From a virus: a DNA stretch of 54,228 bases. Under the pieces are notes generated by a model. It saw only the letters and a program-made list of their open reading frames with translations. It was not told the origin of the DNA and made no database searches. The translations under genes were made by a program, and so were the position numbers. The stretch lies in the IMG/VR virus record IMGVR_UViG_3300045988_069299, positions 1 through 54,228 of that record. One strand, given 5' to 3'. The first letter of the stretch is position 1, and every line of letters begins with the position of its first letter. Of this stretch, positions 6,778 to 15,803 are shown in pieces.

Positions 6778-7569
6778 ATGATGAAAAAAGACCGAATCAA
6801 AGAAATATCGACACATCTATCAGTCAACAGAGTAAATTATATGGTAAGTTTTCGTGGGAATCTCCATGAATTTCTAAATGAACCGGACATGACGGTTTAC
6901 AAGCTTGCTGATGAAGCTAATTTGCCTTATTCTACGCTTAATTCACTACTATACGGTAATTCTAACGACACGAAGCTATCGACCGCTGTTGCGCTTGCTA
7001 GAGCCTTTGGAATCAGTGTAGATGAACTGGTAGGTTGCGGCACTATGGAAGATAAGATGTTGGAATCTGTCAAGATATGCCGCAGTCTGCCGGAACACTC
7101 TCTGTACCTTATCCGCTACTTCATCCGTCACCAAGATAAAATCTATTCCAGTCTTGAAAAATCACACAAGTATATTTCTGTCCTTAAACCGCAACTTGTG
7201 AATGGAATTATAGCCACCACAAACGCTGTAGAACCTATTTGCATAGACAAATTACCGGAAGATATAAAATCCAAGGCTTATATCGGTGTGAAAATTCCTT
7301 GCGACTACTATATGCCGTTTTATCTGCCTGGGGAAATTATTCTCCTTGCAGCGGATCGTGAACCGCAATACGGTGAACGATGTATTGTGACCAGTAATGG
7401 TGGGATATATATTGTCGTGAAAACCCATATAATTGAAGATGGTGTAAGAAAATGGAGATATGTTCCGCTCATGTCTCCGAACAGTATACTCCCGGAACAC
7501 ATAGTTGATGACATAATAGGATATGTGGTTGGTTTCGTAAACAATGACGGTGACTGGGGAATCAGATAA
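6778..7569 (+). CDS. CI-like repressor: N-terminal XRE HTH plus C-terminal S24/LexA-like domain lacking the usual Ser motif
   Basis: ATG at 6778 behind GAAAGGGGGAT. HTH pattern TVYKLADEANLPYSTLNSLLYG. The C-terminal half aligns by eye to lambda CI (VKIPCDYYMPF..LPGEIILLAADREPQYGERCIV...IVVKTH), with CDYYM where G(D/N)SM is expected. Confidence 0.7.
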   Translation: MMKKDRIKEISTHLSVNRVNYMVSFRGNLHEFLNEPDMTVYKLADEANLPYSTLNSLLYGNSNDTKLSTAVALARAFGISVDELVGCGTMEDKMLESVKICRSLPEHSLYLIRYFIRHQDKIYSSLEKSHKYISVLKPQLVNGIIATTNAVEPICIDKLPEDIKSKAYIGVKIPCDYYMPFYLPGEIILLAADREPQYGERCIVTSNGGIYIVVKTHIIEDGVRKWRYVPLMSPNSILPEHIVDDIIGYVVGFVNNDGDWGIR

Positions 7570-7576
7570 ATAGATT

Positions 7577-7610
7577 AAGAGCATGGCTTTTACACCATGC
7601 TCTTTTTTGT
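7577..7610 (+). terminator. strong rho-independent terminator after the CI-like gene
   Basis: AAGAGCATGG (7577-7586) pairs with CCATGCTCTT (7595-7604), then TTTTGTTG. Confidence 0.8.
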
Positions 7611-7632
7611 TGTTATTTCGCAAATATTTTTT

Positions 7633-7971
7633 ATGACTACTTCTGTAAATGGCAAGTTAAACCAGAACACCGATTTGACTTTAGTCAATTGTGTATCATG
7701 GGAATCTGACAATACAATTTCAAAAATAGGTAACAGAGTATTTGTAACGTTAGGCGTACAAATTACATCTGAGCAGTCTAGCGGATCATTAATTATTGCC
7801 AGTATTGCAAGGACATATTACCCTAAAACTACGTATGTTAGAGCAAATGCAGCAGGTGGTACAAATGGCGATAATCACATGCTTTATATTAATAAATCTA
7901 ATGGCGTAGTAATATTAAATCTTTCGACAGAACGGTATTATTCTGCCAGTTTCTCATACTTGGCAAATTAG
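7633..7971 (+). CDS. silent alternative tail-fibre C-terminal cassette (112 codons)
   Basis: Open frame MTTSVNGKLNQNTD...SFSYLAN with no RBS, directly behind a terminator. Shares VNGKL, encoded by the 17-bp inverted repeat, and a VNC.W motif with the expressed fibre tip. Its stop lies 1 nt from the fibre stop. Confidence 0.6.
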   Translation: MTTSVNGKLNQNTDLTLVNCVSWESDNTISKIGNRVFVTLGVQITSEQSSGSLIIASIARTYYPKTTYVRANAAGGTNGDNHMLYINKSNGVVILNLSTERYYSASFSYLAN

Positions 7972-8234
7972 GCTATTTATATGCTACAACAAAATTTAGG
8001 GTAAATGTTGCGTCATTACTTACAGTAGCAATTTGATATGCATAAAAATTACCATTAATTGAAAGACGCACATTAACAGCCCAATTACAGTTTACGAACA
8101 CGCCAAATACGTTAGCATTACTTGGTAATCCAAAGTCAGATAAAGATCCTAATAATGACTGTCTATTTGTCACTAGCAGAGTAACAGATGTTGATATTGA
8201 TGCAAATTTCAAACCACTTAACTTGCCATTTACA
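7644..8234. mobile_element. candidate invertible DNA segment bounded by a perfect 17-bp inverted repeat
   Basis: TGTAAATGGCAAGTTAA at 7644-7660 and its reverse complement at 8218-8234. Both copies sit in the same codon phase (V N G K L) of the two convergent reading frames. Confidence 0.6.
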
Positions 8235-9061
8235 TCACTTAATCCCCCAGTGATAGTCCCATCGCCAATAGTCGAAATATCGGTAGTTCCGATAAGGCCT
8301 ATAAGTGATTTAAGGTTTTTTACAGCCAGTTTAAGTTTCCCAAAAATAGATGATAACTTTTCTCCTGTCGTTAATTCCTCTAAAGTTGTTGCTTCTTCAA
8401 ACACCGCAGTCAAATTACTACCGTCACCAGTTTTGGTCAAATAGTTTGTCAAATACGTTTTAGGAATTGCATCTATTTTTTTATCAACGCTTGTTTTGTC
8501 ATAATAATTTGTCAAATCAGAAACTTTTTTTGTAATGTATCCTACATCATTTTCTAATTCGCTAACTTTTGTTGGTATTCCTCCTGTTTGCTGTTTTGCT
8601 TGTTCCATATAATACTTTGCATTATCGGTATCTTCTCCTTCTCTTGTTCCGGTTCCACCTACGGCATAAGATTCAGCCAATACAGATTTTGCATTTGCGG
8701 ATTGCGCATAAGCAGATGCATTTGCGGATTCTACTCTAATATCTGCTAAATAATTAGGCTGAAGCATATCATCTGTTACTGATCCTGTTTTTATCGAAAA
8801 AGAATAAGTCTTATTCTTTCCAGTACCAGTCACGGATACAGCTATGGTTGCAGAATCTTCAAATGTTAATACCGGAACCATAGAACCAATATCAGCTGTA
8901 AACTGTGTTCCATCTTCTGTAGTCATGGTAATGATTCCGTCATCAGACATGGAAAAGCCAACAGGTATTTTTTTCAATGTTAAGGTCAAAAATAATTTTT
9001 TCACCGTTGTATTTTGTAATAGTAATAACACCGGTTGTTTCGTCCATAGTCCAGTCTGCAA
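7973..9061 (-). CDS. tail fibre protein, main reading frame (entered from the 8943-9233 frame at a homopolymer)
   Basis: Long ORF at the end of the tail module, rich in Ser/Thr/Gly/Asn. The portion upstream of about 8975 in this frame looks non-coding (MQTGLWTKQPVLLLL...). The N-terminus is supplied by the overlapping ORF. Confidence 0.75.
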   Translation of the reverse strand: MQTGLWTKQPVLLLLQNTTVKKLFLTLTLKKIPVGFSMSDDGIITMTTEDGTQFTADIGSMVPVLTFEDSATIAVSVTGTGKNKTYSFSIKTGSVTDDMLQPNYLADIRVESANASAYAQSANAKSVLAESYAVGGTGTREGEDTDNAKYYMEQAKQQTGGIPTKVSELENDVGYITKKVSDLTNYYDKTSVDKKIDAIPKTYLTNYLTKTGDGSNLTAVFEEATTLEELTTGEKLSSIFGKLKLAVKNLKSLIGLIGTTDISTIGDGTITGGLSDVNGKLSGLKFASISTSVTLLVTNRQSLLGSLSDFGLPSNANVFGVFVNCNWAVNVRLSINGNFYAYQIATVSNDATFTLNFVVAYK

Positions 9062-9233
9062 TGTTTCCGTTTATTGAAGACTTGTCTACTTTTAAGGCAT
9101 CCTGTGATATGATACGGTTGTCCAACGCATCAATAGCAGAATCCATCTGATTAAGATGGTATGCATCTAAATCCGTGTTTTCACTTGGATAATCTTCCCA
9201 GTTAATTCTGGTATAAACCTTATTCAACGCCAT
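8943..9233 (-). CDS. tail fibre protein, N-terminal fragment (same gene as 7973-9061, different frame)
   Basis: MALNKVYTRINWEDYPSENTDLDAYHLNQMDSAIDALDNRI is a typical fibre N-terminus. The frame ends 8 codons after a run of 7 A (plus-strand T7 at 8968-8974). Removing one A fuses it in frame to ...IEKIPVGFSMSDDG.... Confidence 0.75.
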   Translation of the reverse strand: MALNKVYTRINWEDYPSENTDLDAYHLNQMDSAIDALDNRIISQDALKVDKSSINGNIADWTMDETTGVITITKYNGEKIIFDLNIEKNTCWLFHV

Positions 9234-9402
9234 CTGCAGATACCTCGCTTTCCTCTTTCATAATCTGCATATCTGATAACTGTTTAGTCTCCGAATACAC
9301 TTCATACAGTACAAGCCTTTTCACCTCGATAGGCAACGGTGTTTGATTTAATACTGTCACAAGGTTGCTTTTTAATTTCTTAATCTCAAAGTTTGCTGCC
9401 AT
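9220..9402 (-). CDS. hypothetical protein (60 aa)
   Basis: Complete ORF between the tail-tip and fibre genes. Confidence 0.55.
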   Translation of the reverse strand: MAANFEIKKLKSNLVTVLNQTPLPIEVKRLVLYEVYSETKQLSDMQIMKEESEVSADGVE

Positions 9403-9403
9403 A

Positions 9404-9706
9404 TCAATTCTCCCTTACATAGATTTCTTTTCCTTGCTCTTCTGCATATGCATACAGATTTTTGCACAGTTCAGATACCTCATATCCGCTCTGTGCAACC
9501 ACTGTATCCGACATGTCAATAAGTTGCTTCATAAACTCTTCAAAACCATCGCCATCTTCCGTGCTAAACAATGTGGCATTTATTTCCGTAAACGTGGAAA
9601 TTCCAATGGTAAAAGCTATATATTGCTGAATTTCTTGCCTTTCTTCCATTACTTCTTTCATTGTTTTTCCAATAATCGTTTGAAGAATAAATATTTTTTT
9701 TACCAT
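9404..9706 (-). CDS. hypothetical protein (100 aa)
   Basis: Complete ORF in the tail module. Confidence 0.6.
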   Translation of the reverse strand: MVKKIFILQTIIGKTMKEVMEERQEIQQYIAFTIGISTFTEINATLFSTEDGDGFEEFMKQLIDMSDTVVAQSGYEVSELCKNLYAYAEEQGKEIYVREN

Positions 9707-9716
9707 AATAAATCTC

Positions 9717-11630
9717 CTACGTCATAAGTGTGACAATTCCAGATGTTGCAGTGAGCAAACCTCCAAGTGATGAAACTCCTGTAATAAAATTAACATTATA
9801 TCCAGGATAATCAGCAACATTGGCTGTTTGTGTTACCAAAGATACATCTGATACGGTTCCATTTATATAATTTCTTGTGACACTTAATGTGGCACTTGTC
9901 AGTACTGTCTTACTGCCTAATATTCGAGAAGTTGTTGATATGTTTTTTACATATTGTGAATTATATGTTGCTCCATTTCCTACCACTAAAATTCCGCTTA
10001 CACTTACCATTGAAGCATCAATAGTAAGATATTGTCCCAATCCTTTTATAGATCCTGTGCTTTGCAATAGTTCGTTATAAAATTTAATTTCACCTGATGA
10101 TACTTCTGTGTAACTTCCGTCTTCCCCTATAGACTTAAAACTACCAGTCATTACTGCGTTTTTAGCTGTTATAGTTCCATCTGCTGATATGCTACAGTTA
10201 TCTGCTTCCAATACAAAACGGTTTCCAGAAATACTTACCTGTCCACTTTCAACACTTAACTGAGAACTGACATCACCTTTTGATACTTTTAATTTGATTT
10301 GGTCTGCCTGCAAAGATATTGCCGCTGCCAATTCTACTTCTGTATCTGTTGCCCTTTTCGCTTCTGCTTCAATTTTTCCTGCATTTTGCGTAATTTTCGT
10401 ATCCAATCCGCTCTCTACATCCTTGATCTCAGACCGGGTCTCTTCTACATTCCGTTCTAGTTCATTAGTCTTTCCACGGAGTTGAATTATACTTTTGTTA
10501 ATTCCATTTACTTGTTCACTGTACTTTGGAGATTTTCCGCTTGCTGATATGGTGTCTTTCGGTTGTTGGATTCCTTTGTATGTTCTGCTCAACACATAGC
10601 TTTCTATGATTTCTTTAGCCGTATATACATTGACTGCTTCTCCAAGGCTCAAACAAGGATTTCCTATTTTTTCACAGTTATAAGGTCTATATTTTACAAC
10701 TTTAATAACCTCATACAGATTTCTTGCAACCGTTTCTAGGGCATCTGCACCCATTCCATAAACAAGGAAATTATCTTGAAGAATATAACTGTTGTCGTTC
10801 TCGGTAATCTCTGCATCCGGGTAAACTGCACCAATATCATTTTCTGATTGTCTTATCTGCACTTTTGTAACTTTTTGGCAAACAAAATCTTCATATTTAA
10901 CTGATTTGTATTTTCCACCAGTAACCTTTTCTTTTTCAGAACCTTTTCTAGGGTATAATCCTTTCTGTGGATATAATCCTTTCTGTGGATATAATCCGGA
11001 TATTATTTCTTTAAGGAAAACATATTCAAATTTTCCATCATGGTTAATGTGGCCAAAACATCCGTTTATTGAGCAGATTGCTTCCATGACCGTCTGGCCA
11101 GAAAGTTCGCTTGGTTTGATTGTTTCTTCCACTTCCATGCTGTCATTAGGTAATGTGGTTGCTACTTGTTCAACACCAAAATATGAAAAAAAACTGTCTC
11201 TGAACTGCTTTAAGGTCAGAGGAAATTTCAACCCGTTATACCAGGAAGATACTTCTGATTCTCCAATATCGTATATAACGTCATATGCCGTCACATTTCT
11301 GTAACGCTTATCATCTGTTGGTTTATCGGAAATGACACGGTATTTTCCGAAAACAAACGGTGTGTCAGTATGTCCATTAATCACAGCAGAAACATTTATC
11401 TGTTTCCCAATCATGCTTGTGAACACGTTGGAAATTTTGAATTTTAACTGTGATGCATTGCACTGTCCAAATGTAAGGTAATCATCATCACATAGTATTT
11501 CTTTTAATTCAAACTGTTCAAAATGGATTTCGCTGTTGGTGATTTTTACAGACTTGTCCTCTGTTTCAATCGTGATTTCCTTTTTGGATGCACTTTTATC
11601 AAACAAATCCGCATAGGTATAGTTACTCAT
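9717..11630 (-). CDS. tail-tip / tail-associated minor structural protein (Tal-like position)
   Basis: 637 aa, third gene after the tape measure. Coiled segment (ELERNVEETRSEIKDVES...) and a beta-rich C-terminus. Assigned by synteny. Confidence 0.65.
   Translation of the reverse strand: MSNYTYADLFDKSASKKEITIETEDKSVKITNSEIHFEQFELKEILCDDDYLTFGQCNASQLKFKISNVFTSMIGKQINVSAVINGHTDTPFVFGKYRVISDKPTDDKRYRNVTAYDVIYDIGESEVSSWYNGLKFPLTLKQFRDSFFSYFGVEQVATTLPNDSMEVEETIKPSELSGQTVMEAICSINGCFGHINHDGKFEYVFLKEIISGLYPQKGLYPQKGLYPRKGSEKEKVTGGKYKSVKYEDFVCQKVTKVQIRQSENDIGAVYPDAEITENDNSYILQDNFLVYGMGADALETVARNLYEVIKVVKYRPYNCEKIGNPCLSLGEAVNVYTAKEIIESYVLSRTYKGIQQPKDTISASGKSPKYSEQVNGINKSIIQLRGKTNELERNVEETRSEIKDVESGLDTKITQNAGKIEAEAKRATDTEVELAAAISLQADQIKLKVSKGDVSSQLSVESGQVSISGNRFVLEADNCSISADGTITAKNAVMTGSFKSIGEDGSYTEVSSGEIKFYNELLQSTGSIKGLGQYLTIDASMVSVSGILVVGNGATYNSQYVKNISTTSRILGSKTVLTSATLSVTRNYINGTVSDVSLVTQTANVADYPGYNVNFITGVSSLGGLLTATSGIVTLMT
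10951..10999. repeat. 18-nt tandem repeat, about 2.7 copies, inside the tail-tip gene
   Basis: GG(G/A)TATAATCCTTTCTGT repeated. Encodes GLYPQKGLYPQKGLYPRKG on the minus strand. Confidence 0.9.
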
Positions 11631-12045
11631 TCGCTACACCTCCGACAAATGAAAATTCTATCTGATTGTATTTAATCTCTCCGTCATAAGTTCCGTAGAT
11701 TGTAGGTTTTATATCAGCCATATATCCATATTGTGTGACATATTGACCTAAAAATGGAATGTATGCCGTGATATTACATCCTTGTTCCGTTGCATCAATA
11801 AAGTTGCTTCGTATCCCGGACAGTAACTCTTGCAAATCGTCATCCGTCAGCATCGCAGGCGTGGAAAAATCAACACTTAATGCTTTTAGCTCCACAGCAT
11901 TTCTATGTACGTATCCATTTGCATCAGTCCACGGGTCTACATCTTGCATATTTATAGCCGGCTGATAACTTTCAGCGGCTATAAATCTTGACTGGTCAAT
12001 AACGTAATCTCCAATTTTTAAAAGCCATCCTTGATATGCTGACAT
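11623..12045 (-). CDS. distal-tail-protein-like tail component (140 aa)
   Basis: Immediately downstream of the tape measure and overlaps the next gene by 8 nt. Assigned by synteny only. Confidence 0.5.
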   Translation of the reverse strand: MSAYQGWLLKIGDYVIDQSRFIAAESYQPAINMQDVDPWTDANGYVHRNAVELKALSVDFSTPAMLTDDDLQELLSGIRSNFIDATEQGCNITAYIPFLGQYVTQYGYMADIKPTIYGTYDGEIKYNQIEFSFVGGVANE

Positions 12046-12102
12046 ACGCCCACCGCCTTATTGCATAAAAATATACAGCACCCATCCAGAGTGCTGTCTG
12101 TG

Positions 12103-15100
12103 TTAAAATACATATACATTCTTGTGTTTTTGGTTAAATTGCTCTTGACCGTATTGTCTTGCTGCAATTCCAATTTGATCGGTTGTTATTCCAAACTCTT
12201 TTTCAAGGATTCCTTGCAGTAGCTGATTATTCTGTTTCAGAAGTGCAATTTCCTGTTGTGCCGTGGAATTGATGGCATCTTTGATTCCAGTGATTTCCAC
12301 TCCACCGGCAACCGCTGTCTTTCCGCCTACTGTCCCGGCAATCTCCGGTACACCGTTTTCTCCTGCCATAAACATTGTGTATCGACTTGGCACGTAACCA
12401 CCGGTATCAAATCGAGGAATGGTAACATTTTGTATTAAATCTACTCCACTCCAACTGTCTCCAGTTATATTTGCACCCCAAGAAACAATTTTATTAAATC
12501 CTTTTAATGCAAAATTTATACCGCTTATGATAAAATTTAATGTACTTTCTATGTTTCCAAGTACTGCGTTCATTGCACTTTTTACACCTGATTTTATTCC
12601 GTCCCACAAGTTTGTGAAAAATCCTGAAATCATTTCTGTTGCATTCCTCCATTTATTTTGTAAAGGAGTTATTATATTTGTCGAAAACCAATCCGTCACT
12701 TTTCCCCAAATGGTTTTTATATTTCCCCATGAACTTGAAAAAATATTTGAAACTGTTACTCCAAATTCTGTGAATTTCTCAGAAACCGGCTCAATTATAT
12801 TAGTGCTAAACCATTCAGATACTACACTCCATATTGACTTTATGTTTTCCCATAAAGATGAAAACAATTCTTTTACATTATTCCATAAATTTGTAAAGAA
12901 ATTTACAATAGGAGTTATAACATTTTCTGAGAACCATTCCGATGATATTATCCAAACTGCTTTTACAACAATCCATAATCCGGTAAAAATCTGATTAACT
13001 CTGTCATAAATTCCTTGAAATACATTCTTTATAGGAGTTGCAATATTTGTTTCAAACCATGTAGTAATATTTCCCCAGACAGAAGAAACAAAATCTTTTA
13101 CTTCCCCTATTTTATTTTTTATTGGAGTGAATATTTTCTCTGAAAACCATTCTGGAATTCCAGAAAACCATTCTTTTATTTCTTCCCAATGGTCTTTTAC
13201 TACAACTACTACCGTAGCAACTGCTGCTACAACCGCTGCTACAATTCCGGCAACTAATGCAGGTGCTCCTAAAAGTACGGCTCCGACAGCTGCTAAAGCG
13301 GTTCCAATAACCATAAGTATCTCATTTAACCAGCTGAAACCTTCTTTTAGCATTTTTACAAAATTTACTACTGCTGTTACAGCCCCAACAGCAGTAGAAG
13401 CTATTCCTGCAAACGTTGTCGCAAATGCAGCTATGGAAGATGCTGAACCGCCAAATACTCCGGCTATTGCTTCGCTAAATGACATTCCATTAAATAATCC
13501 TTCTATTACAAGTCCTATTTTGGTTGAAATGCTTGCTATCCCACGTTTTATCCATCCTAGTAATGCAATTCCGAAACTTGTACCCTCTTTAGCACCCATT
13601 GACGAAATTAAAGACTTTTTAATAGCTGTCCATAAAATATCTCCCAAGCCAGTGAATTTCAAAAGTCCTATTGCTGTTAGAATCGTAGTTTCAATCGGTG
13701 CAGCATCAAAACTTCCTTTCCATAGGTCTATTGCCGCATCTATGGCAGTTTTTATGAAATTTCCGGCAGATGTAAACACAGCAGTCCAGTCAATACCGGC
13801 AAGAAACTGTCCTATGTTTTGTCCAATCTGATACCAGTCTACAGATGCAATAGCATCGGACATCCAGTTAAATATTCCTGTGACAATACCGGATAAATCT
13901 TGTCCTGCTTCGAAGAAATCACCATTGAATAAATCTTTGAATAACTTTTTCACAGGCTCAAGAAGTTTTTCTATCTTATCAGCCCAGCCAAGAGCTGTAT
14001 TCTGCATCTTGTCAAATGCTTCCTGCCATACTTTTTCGTACTCTGCAGTAGCATCCATGATTTCCTTGGTAAGGTCAATTCCTGTTCCACCAGCGCCACT
14101 TCCGGAACCACTGGATTTTGGAGTTGAAATAACTTTCAGTTTGTCAAATTCACGTACTCCGCTCTTTGCATTTTTTGCACTTGTACCAACTTTATCCAGT
14201 GCATCTGCCGTGTCTTCCAACTCTTCATTGTACCCGGATACACCTTGACCGAATGACGAAAAGTCAATCTTGATTCCCAGTAAATTTGCCACACTGACAA
14301 GCAGTCTCTTAATCGCAATTACCACACCATTAATAACAGGAAGTACTTTCTGCAATACCGGAATAAACAACTGACCCAGTACCATGCCGGCTTCTTTTAC
14401 GTTGTTGGTAAACTGACGAATCATGTTACTTGGAGAATTAATTGTATTCGCCAAGTCTCCCCATGATACTTTGGACTGGTCTAAGATTGCCAGTAGACGC
14501 AACTGCTGTTTCTCTGCCTGTGACATTTCAGATACAGCCTTTTCAATGCCGTATCTGTAAGCATAAGTCTGCAGTGTGGCATTCGTGATATCAATACCAT
14601 ACTTATACAGTGCTCTTGACTGACCAATCAAACCGGACTGTAAGTTTGTTGCAACTGTACTGTAATCCACGTTAAACAGAGAGGAAATATCCCCGGCAAG
14701 CATTGTCATGGACTTTGAAATTGCCGTAGTAACTTCTCCGGTCTGCCCTAAAGAGTTGGTAATAGATGCAAGTTGTGAAGCGTACTGCGTAATCTCCTGT
14801 AAATTCAGTCCCAGGTTCTTCATTCCGCTTTCAGAAATCAATCCACCATCTACATCTACTTTCAGACCGGACATTTTACCAAGCAGTTCATTTACACGGC
14901 TTCCAAAACTCTGCGCATAATCCTCTGCGTTGTCGTAACCGAATTTTTCAAAATCCTTGCCCCATTCCTTGCCTACTTTGTTAAATGCTACCGTGTAGTA
15001 GTTAAATGCTTCGATATAGTCCGTAGTTCCCTCTATGGACTTCCACAGACTTTTAATTCCACGGATCACAAGGAAATATGTTGCGTAGAATCTGCCGAAA

Positions 15101-15714
15101 GCCGCAGCAAGGCTAAATGTGCTTTTCGTGGCTCTTCTTGCGCTTACCGTATAGGTGTTCAGATTACGTCCTAAAGAGTTTGCGGCTCTCCCGGATGCTG
15201 CACCGGTAGATGCCAGTCCTGCCAGTGCGTTTGTCATTCGGATAATGTTCTCACTGACATTTGGAACGGTTGAAAGAGTTGTAAATAACTGCTTCAAATT
15301 CTTTGCCAGTAAAGGAATGTTCGTGATTGCTCTGCCGGATGCCACACCACCAAGTCTTGAAATCGAAGATGCTATGCTAGCAATATCCACTACTCCATCT
15401 ACTTTAGTTCCTGCCATGTCAGCAGAAAAAGTCTTCAGTGCAGATGAAATCCTGCTTAATCCGCTTGTATCTATTTTCCCCATTCTGTTAATGGAATTTG
15501 TCAATGTGGAGATATTCTTAATACCGCTCGTATTCATGGAACTGGCGGCATTTGCGATACTCTGTATGCTATTAGAAATGCTTGTCAGTTTGGATGTATC
15601 AATAGACAAGCTTCTCTGAAAATTCGTAAGACTTGATGCAAGTTTATTCAGCGCATTAGTTGCTTTGTTCGCATCCGCACTGATTTTTATTTGAAGATTA
15701 TCAATATCTGCCAT
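12103..15714 (-). CDS. tail tape measure protein
   Basis: 1203 aa, largest gene in the window. Ala/Gly/Ile-rich hydrophobic core and repeated W-containing segments (EWFS.NI..PI). Sits after the chaperone pair. Confidence 0.9.
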   Translation of the reverse strand: MADIDNLQIKISADANKATNALNKLASSLTNFQRSLSIDTSKLTSISNSIQSIANAASSMNTSGIKNISTLTNSINRMGKIDTSGLSRISSALKTFSADMAGTKVDGVVDIASIASSISRLGGVASGRAITNIPLLAKNLKQLFTTLSTVPNVSENIIRMTNALAGLASTGAASGRAANSLGRNLNTYTVSARRATKSTFSLAAAFGRFYATYFLVIRGIKSLWKSIEGTTDYIEAFNYYTVAFNKVGKEWGKDFEKFGYDNAEDYAQSFGSRVNELLGKMSGLKVDVDGGLISESGMKNLGLNLQEITQYASQLASITNSLGQTGEVTTAISKSMTMLAGDISSLFNVDYSTVATNLQSGLIGQSRALYKYGIDITNATLQTYAYRYGIEKAVSEMSQAEKQQLRLLAILDQSKVSWGDLANTINSPSNMIRQFTNNVKEAGMVLGQLFIPVLQKVLPVINGVVIAIKRLLVSVANLLGIKIDFSSFGQGVSGYNEELEDTADALDKVGTSAKNAKSGVREFDKLKVISTPKSSGSGSGAGGTGIDLTKEIMDATAEYEKVWQEAFDKMQNTALGWADKIEKLLEPVKKLFKDLFNGDFFEAGQDLSGIVTGIFNWMSDAIASVDWYQIGQNIGQFLAGIDWTAVFTSAGNFIKTAIDAAIDLWKGSFDAAPIETTILTAIGLLKFTGLGDILWTAIKKSLISSMGAKEGTSFGIALLGWIKRGIASISTKIGLVIEGLFNGMSFSEAIAGVFGGSASSIAAFATTFAGIASTAVGAVTAVVNFVKMLKEGFSWLNEILMVIGTALAAVGAVLLGAPALVAGIVAAVVAAVATVVVVVKDHWEEIKEWFSGIPEWFSEKIFTPIKNKIGEVKDFVSSVWGNITTWFETNIATPIKNVFQGIYDRVNQIFTGLWIVVKAVWIISSEWFSENVITPIVNFFTNLWNNVKELFSSLWENIKSIWSVVSEWFSTNIIEPVSEKFTEFGVTVSNIFSSSWGNIKTIWGKVTDWFSTNIITPLQNKWRNATEMISGFFTNLWDGIKSGVKSAMNAVLGNIESTLNFIISGINFALKGFNKIVSWGANITGDSWSGVDLIQNVTIPRFDTGGYVPSRYTMFMAGENGVPEIAGTVGGKTAVAGGVEITGIKDAINSTAQQEIALLKQNNQLLQGILEKEFGITTDQIGIAARQYGQEQFNQKHKNVYVF

Positions 15715-15803
15715 ACTGCACCGCCTTTACCGAAATAAAAAAGGAAGTGTCTGCCACTTCCAAGAAAAAGAGCGGTAAGCTGTGACACCTACCGCTCCTA
15801 AAA

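Noticed and set aside
13127-13831. 234-aa plus-strand ORF (and other plus-strand ORFs between 12256 and 15619)
   Set aside because: These are antisense shadows inside the 1203-aa tape measure gene. Their Ala/Thr/Pro-rich translations mirror its biased codon content.
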